Assembly: GCA_034002865.1 (NCBI GenBank)
Contig: JAVEZR010000001.1
Location: 53,247 to 117,246 of the forward strand
From: Candidatus Dojkabacteria bacterium
GTDB lineage: Bacteria; Patescibacteriota; Dojkabacteria; SC72
Reading direction: 5' to 3'
DNA: 64,000 nucleotides
Shown here: piece after piece, positions 62,973 through 64,000 of the stretch
How positions within the stretch are numbered: the first letter of the stretch is position 1
Layout of the letters: each line of letters opens with the position of its first letter
Program-made: the position numbers and the translations under genes
The notes under the pieces: generated by a model
What the model was told of the DNA's origin: nothing
Seen by the model: only the letters and a program-made list of their open reading frames with translations
Database searches by the model: none

Positions 62973-64000
62973 ATGAAAAATATATCTAAAATACTTTCGT
63001 ATGCAGTTCTCCTCATATTAAGCGGTTTTCTACTCTCAGGCTGTAAGCCTTCGGAGGAAACTCTCTCGAAATACAATCAGATTGTTTCAGATGCGGATTT
63101 ATTAATAGAGGGAAAGGAGTACTCTTCCGCTATGGAGAAGCTAAGTGATGCTACTCAATTAGTACCGCAGCGATATGATGCATATGAAAGAATGGTAGAT
63201 ATATTACTACTGAAAAACAGGTTGGATGATGCTAAGAAACTAATAGATGAATCTGCTAATAAGTTGGGTGAAGACGATAGAGCTCAGTTATATACCACAG
63301 TGGGTAGAGCTTTCTATGATAATATGGAGTACTCTAAAGCTTTAATATGTTTTGAATTGGCAAAGGGGGCATTGGAGAGTGGTAATACAGTAAACCTAGA
63401 AATTGCCAAGGTGTATCTTCAGCAGGGAAATATACAGGGAGCTAAATCTATACTTAAGGGTAATTTCGAAGATGAACTTAATACAGAAGCCAAACTACTG
63501 TACTCATATCTACTCTCTACTACGGATACTAATCAAGCATTAGAGCTTGTAAGAGAGATTCAGCCATCAGAGCAGTGGAGTGAAAAATATTTAACCTGGG
63601 AAGAGACTCTGGGTAGTTTAAATGAAGATGAACTTTTTAATAGTGCCAAACTATCACAGGTATATATAGATGAGGGATATCCATATCTCGCAATTTCAGT
63701 CCTTGAATCTAAAAAGGAGAGTATGCAGGAGTATATAGATGGGATGTATCTTCTTGGTAAGGCTTACTATGAAAATGGAAAGTATCAAGAGAGCATAGAT
63801 ACCCTTGCAGGAGTAACTACATTGAGTAATTTAAACCCATACCTTTACTGGACTATAGCAAGGTCTTACTACTTACTAGATGATATTAATAACGCAACAT
63901 CTTACTATGATAGTGCAGTCTCATATGCGGGGGATAGCGCAGATGTTAAGGTATACCAGGAGTATTTAGATTTATTAATGGATAACAATCAGACAACAAA
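62973..64000 (+). CDS. TPR-repeat lipoprotein, truncated by the window end
   Basis: Not in the ORF track. Reads MKNISKILSYAVLLILSGFLLSGC (lipobox LSGC), then TPR-like helices (YLLGKAYYENGKYQESI). Confidence 0.75.
   Translation, partial: MKNISKILSYAVLLILSGFLLSGCKPSEETLSKYNQIVSDADLLIEGKEYSSAMEKLSDATQLVPQRYDAYERMVDILLLKNRLDDAKKLIDESANKLGEDDRAQLYTTVGRAFYDNMEYSKALICFELAKGALESGNTVNLEIAKVYLQQGNIQGAKSILKGNFEDELNTEAKLLYSYLLSTTDTNQALELVREIQPSEQWSEKYLTWEETLGSLNEDELFNSAKLSQVYIDEGYPYLAISVLESKKESMQEYIDGMYLLGKAYYENGKYQESIDTLAGVTTLSNLNPYLYWTIARSYYLLDDINNATSYYDSAVSYAGDSADVKVYQEYLDLLMDNNQTT

Noticed and set aside
1-64000. tRNA, rRNA, CRISPR arrays, riboswitches and alternative genetic code 25
   Set aside because: Intergenic gaps are short and AT-rich with no cloverleaf or repeat-spacer pattern seen. 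TGA acts as a stop (e.g. 5412, 52127) and conserved genes are uninterrupted under code 11.

Overview
AT-rich, very gene-dense bacterial chromosome segment (genetic code 11). It most likely comes from a Candidate Phyla Radiation/Patescibacteria organism (Dojkabacteria/Microgenomates-like); this is inferred from the compact InfB and AlaS, the Lon-derived ATPase without a protease domain, an orphan PrgI-VirB4 module, and many N-terminally anchored Ig/Fn3 surface proteins plus a sortase. Housekeeping genes: murJ, groES-groEL, folD-glyA-thyX-dcd-sufS, recF-lepA, rpsT, alaS-ruvX-mltG-LCP-holA, dnaJ, nusA-infB, rpsO-pnp, rsmE with an RsmB/F methyltransferase, and pcrA/uvrD. No rRNA, tRNA, CRISPR, transposase or integrase was seen. 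Main observations: (1) a split T4SS-like apparatus without a relaxase in the window (prgI-ORF-virB4 at 19-23 kb; Fn3/Cys-rich/VirB6-like/M23/PGRP-like cluster at 50.5-59.8 kb); (2) a recurring leaderless architecture, with a (TGn)TAnnnT box 6-8 nt before the start codon in at least 12 genes and no Shine-Dalgarno sites; (3) several apparent pseudo-enzymes (Lon AAA+ without its protease domain or pore-loop Tyr, a PGRP-like amidase fold without Zn ligands, a degenerate ABC NBD); (4) cis elements: two degenerate CIRCE operators, a rimP-leader-like attenuator before nusA, and a palindromic operator before an XRE repressor paired with an SprT protease. All calls are from manual motif reading; no database searches were run.
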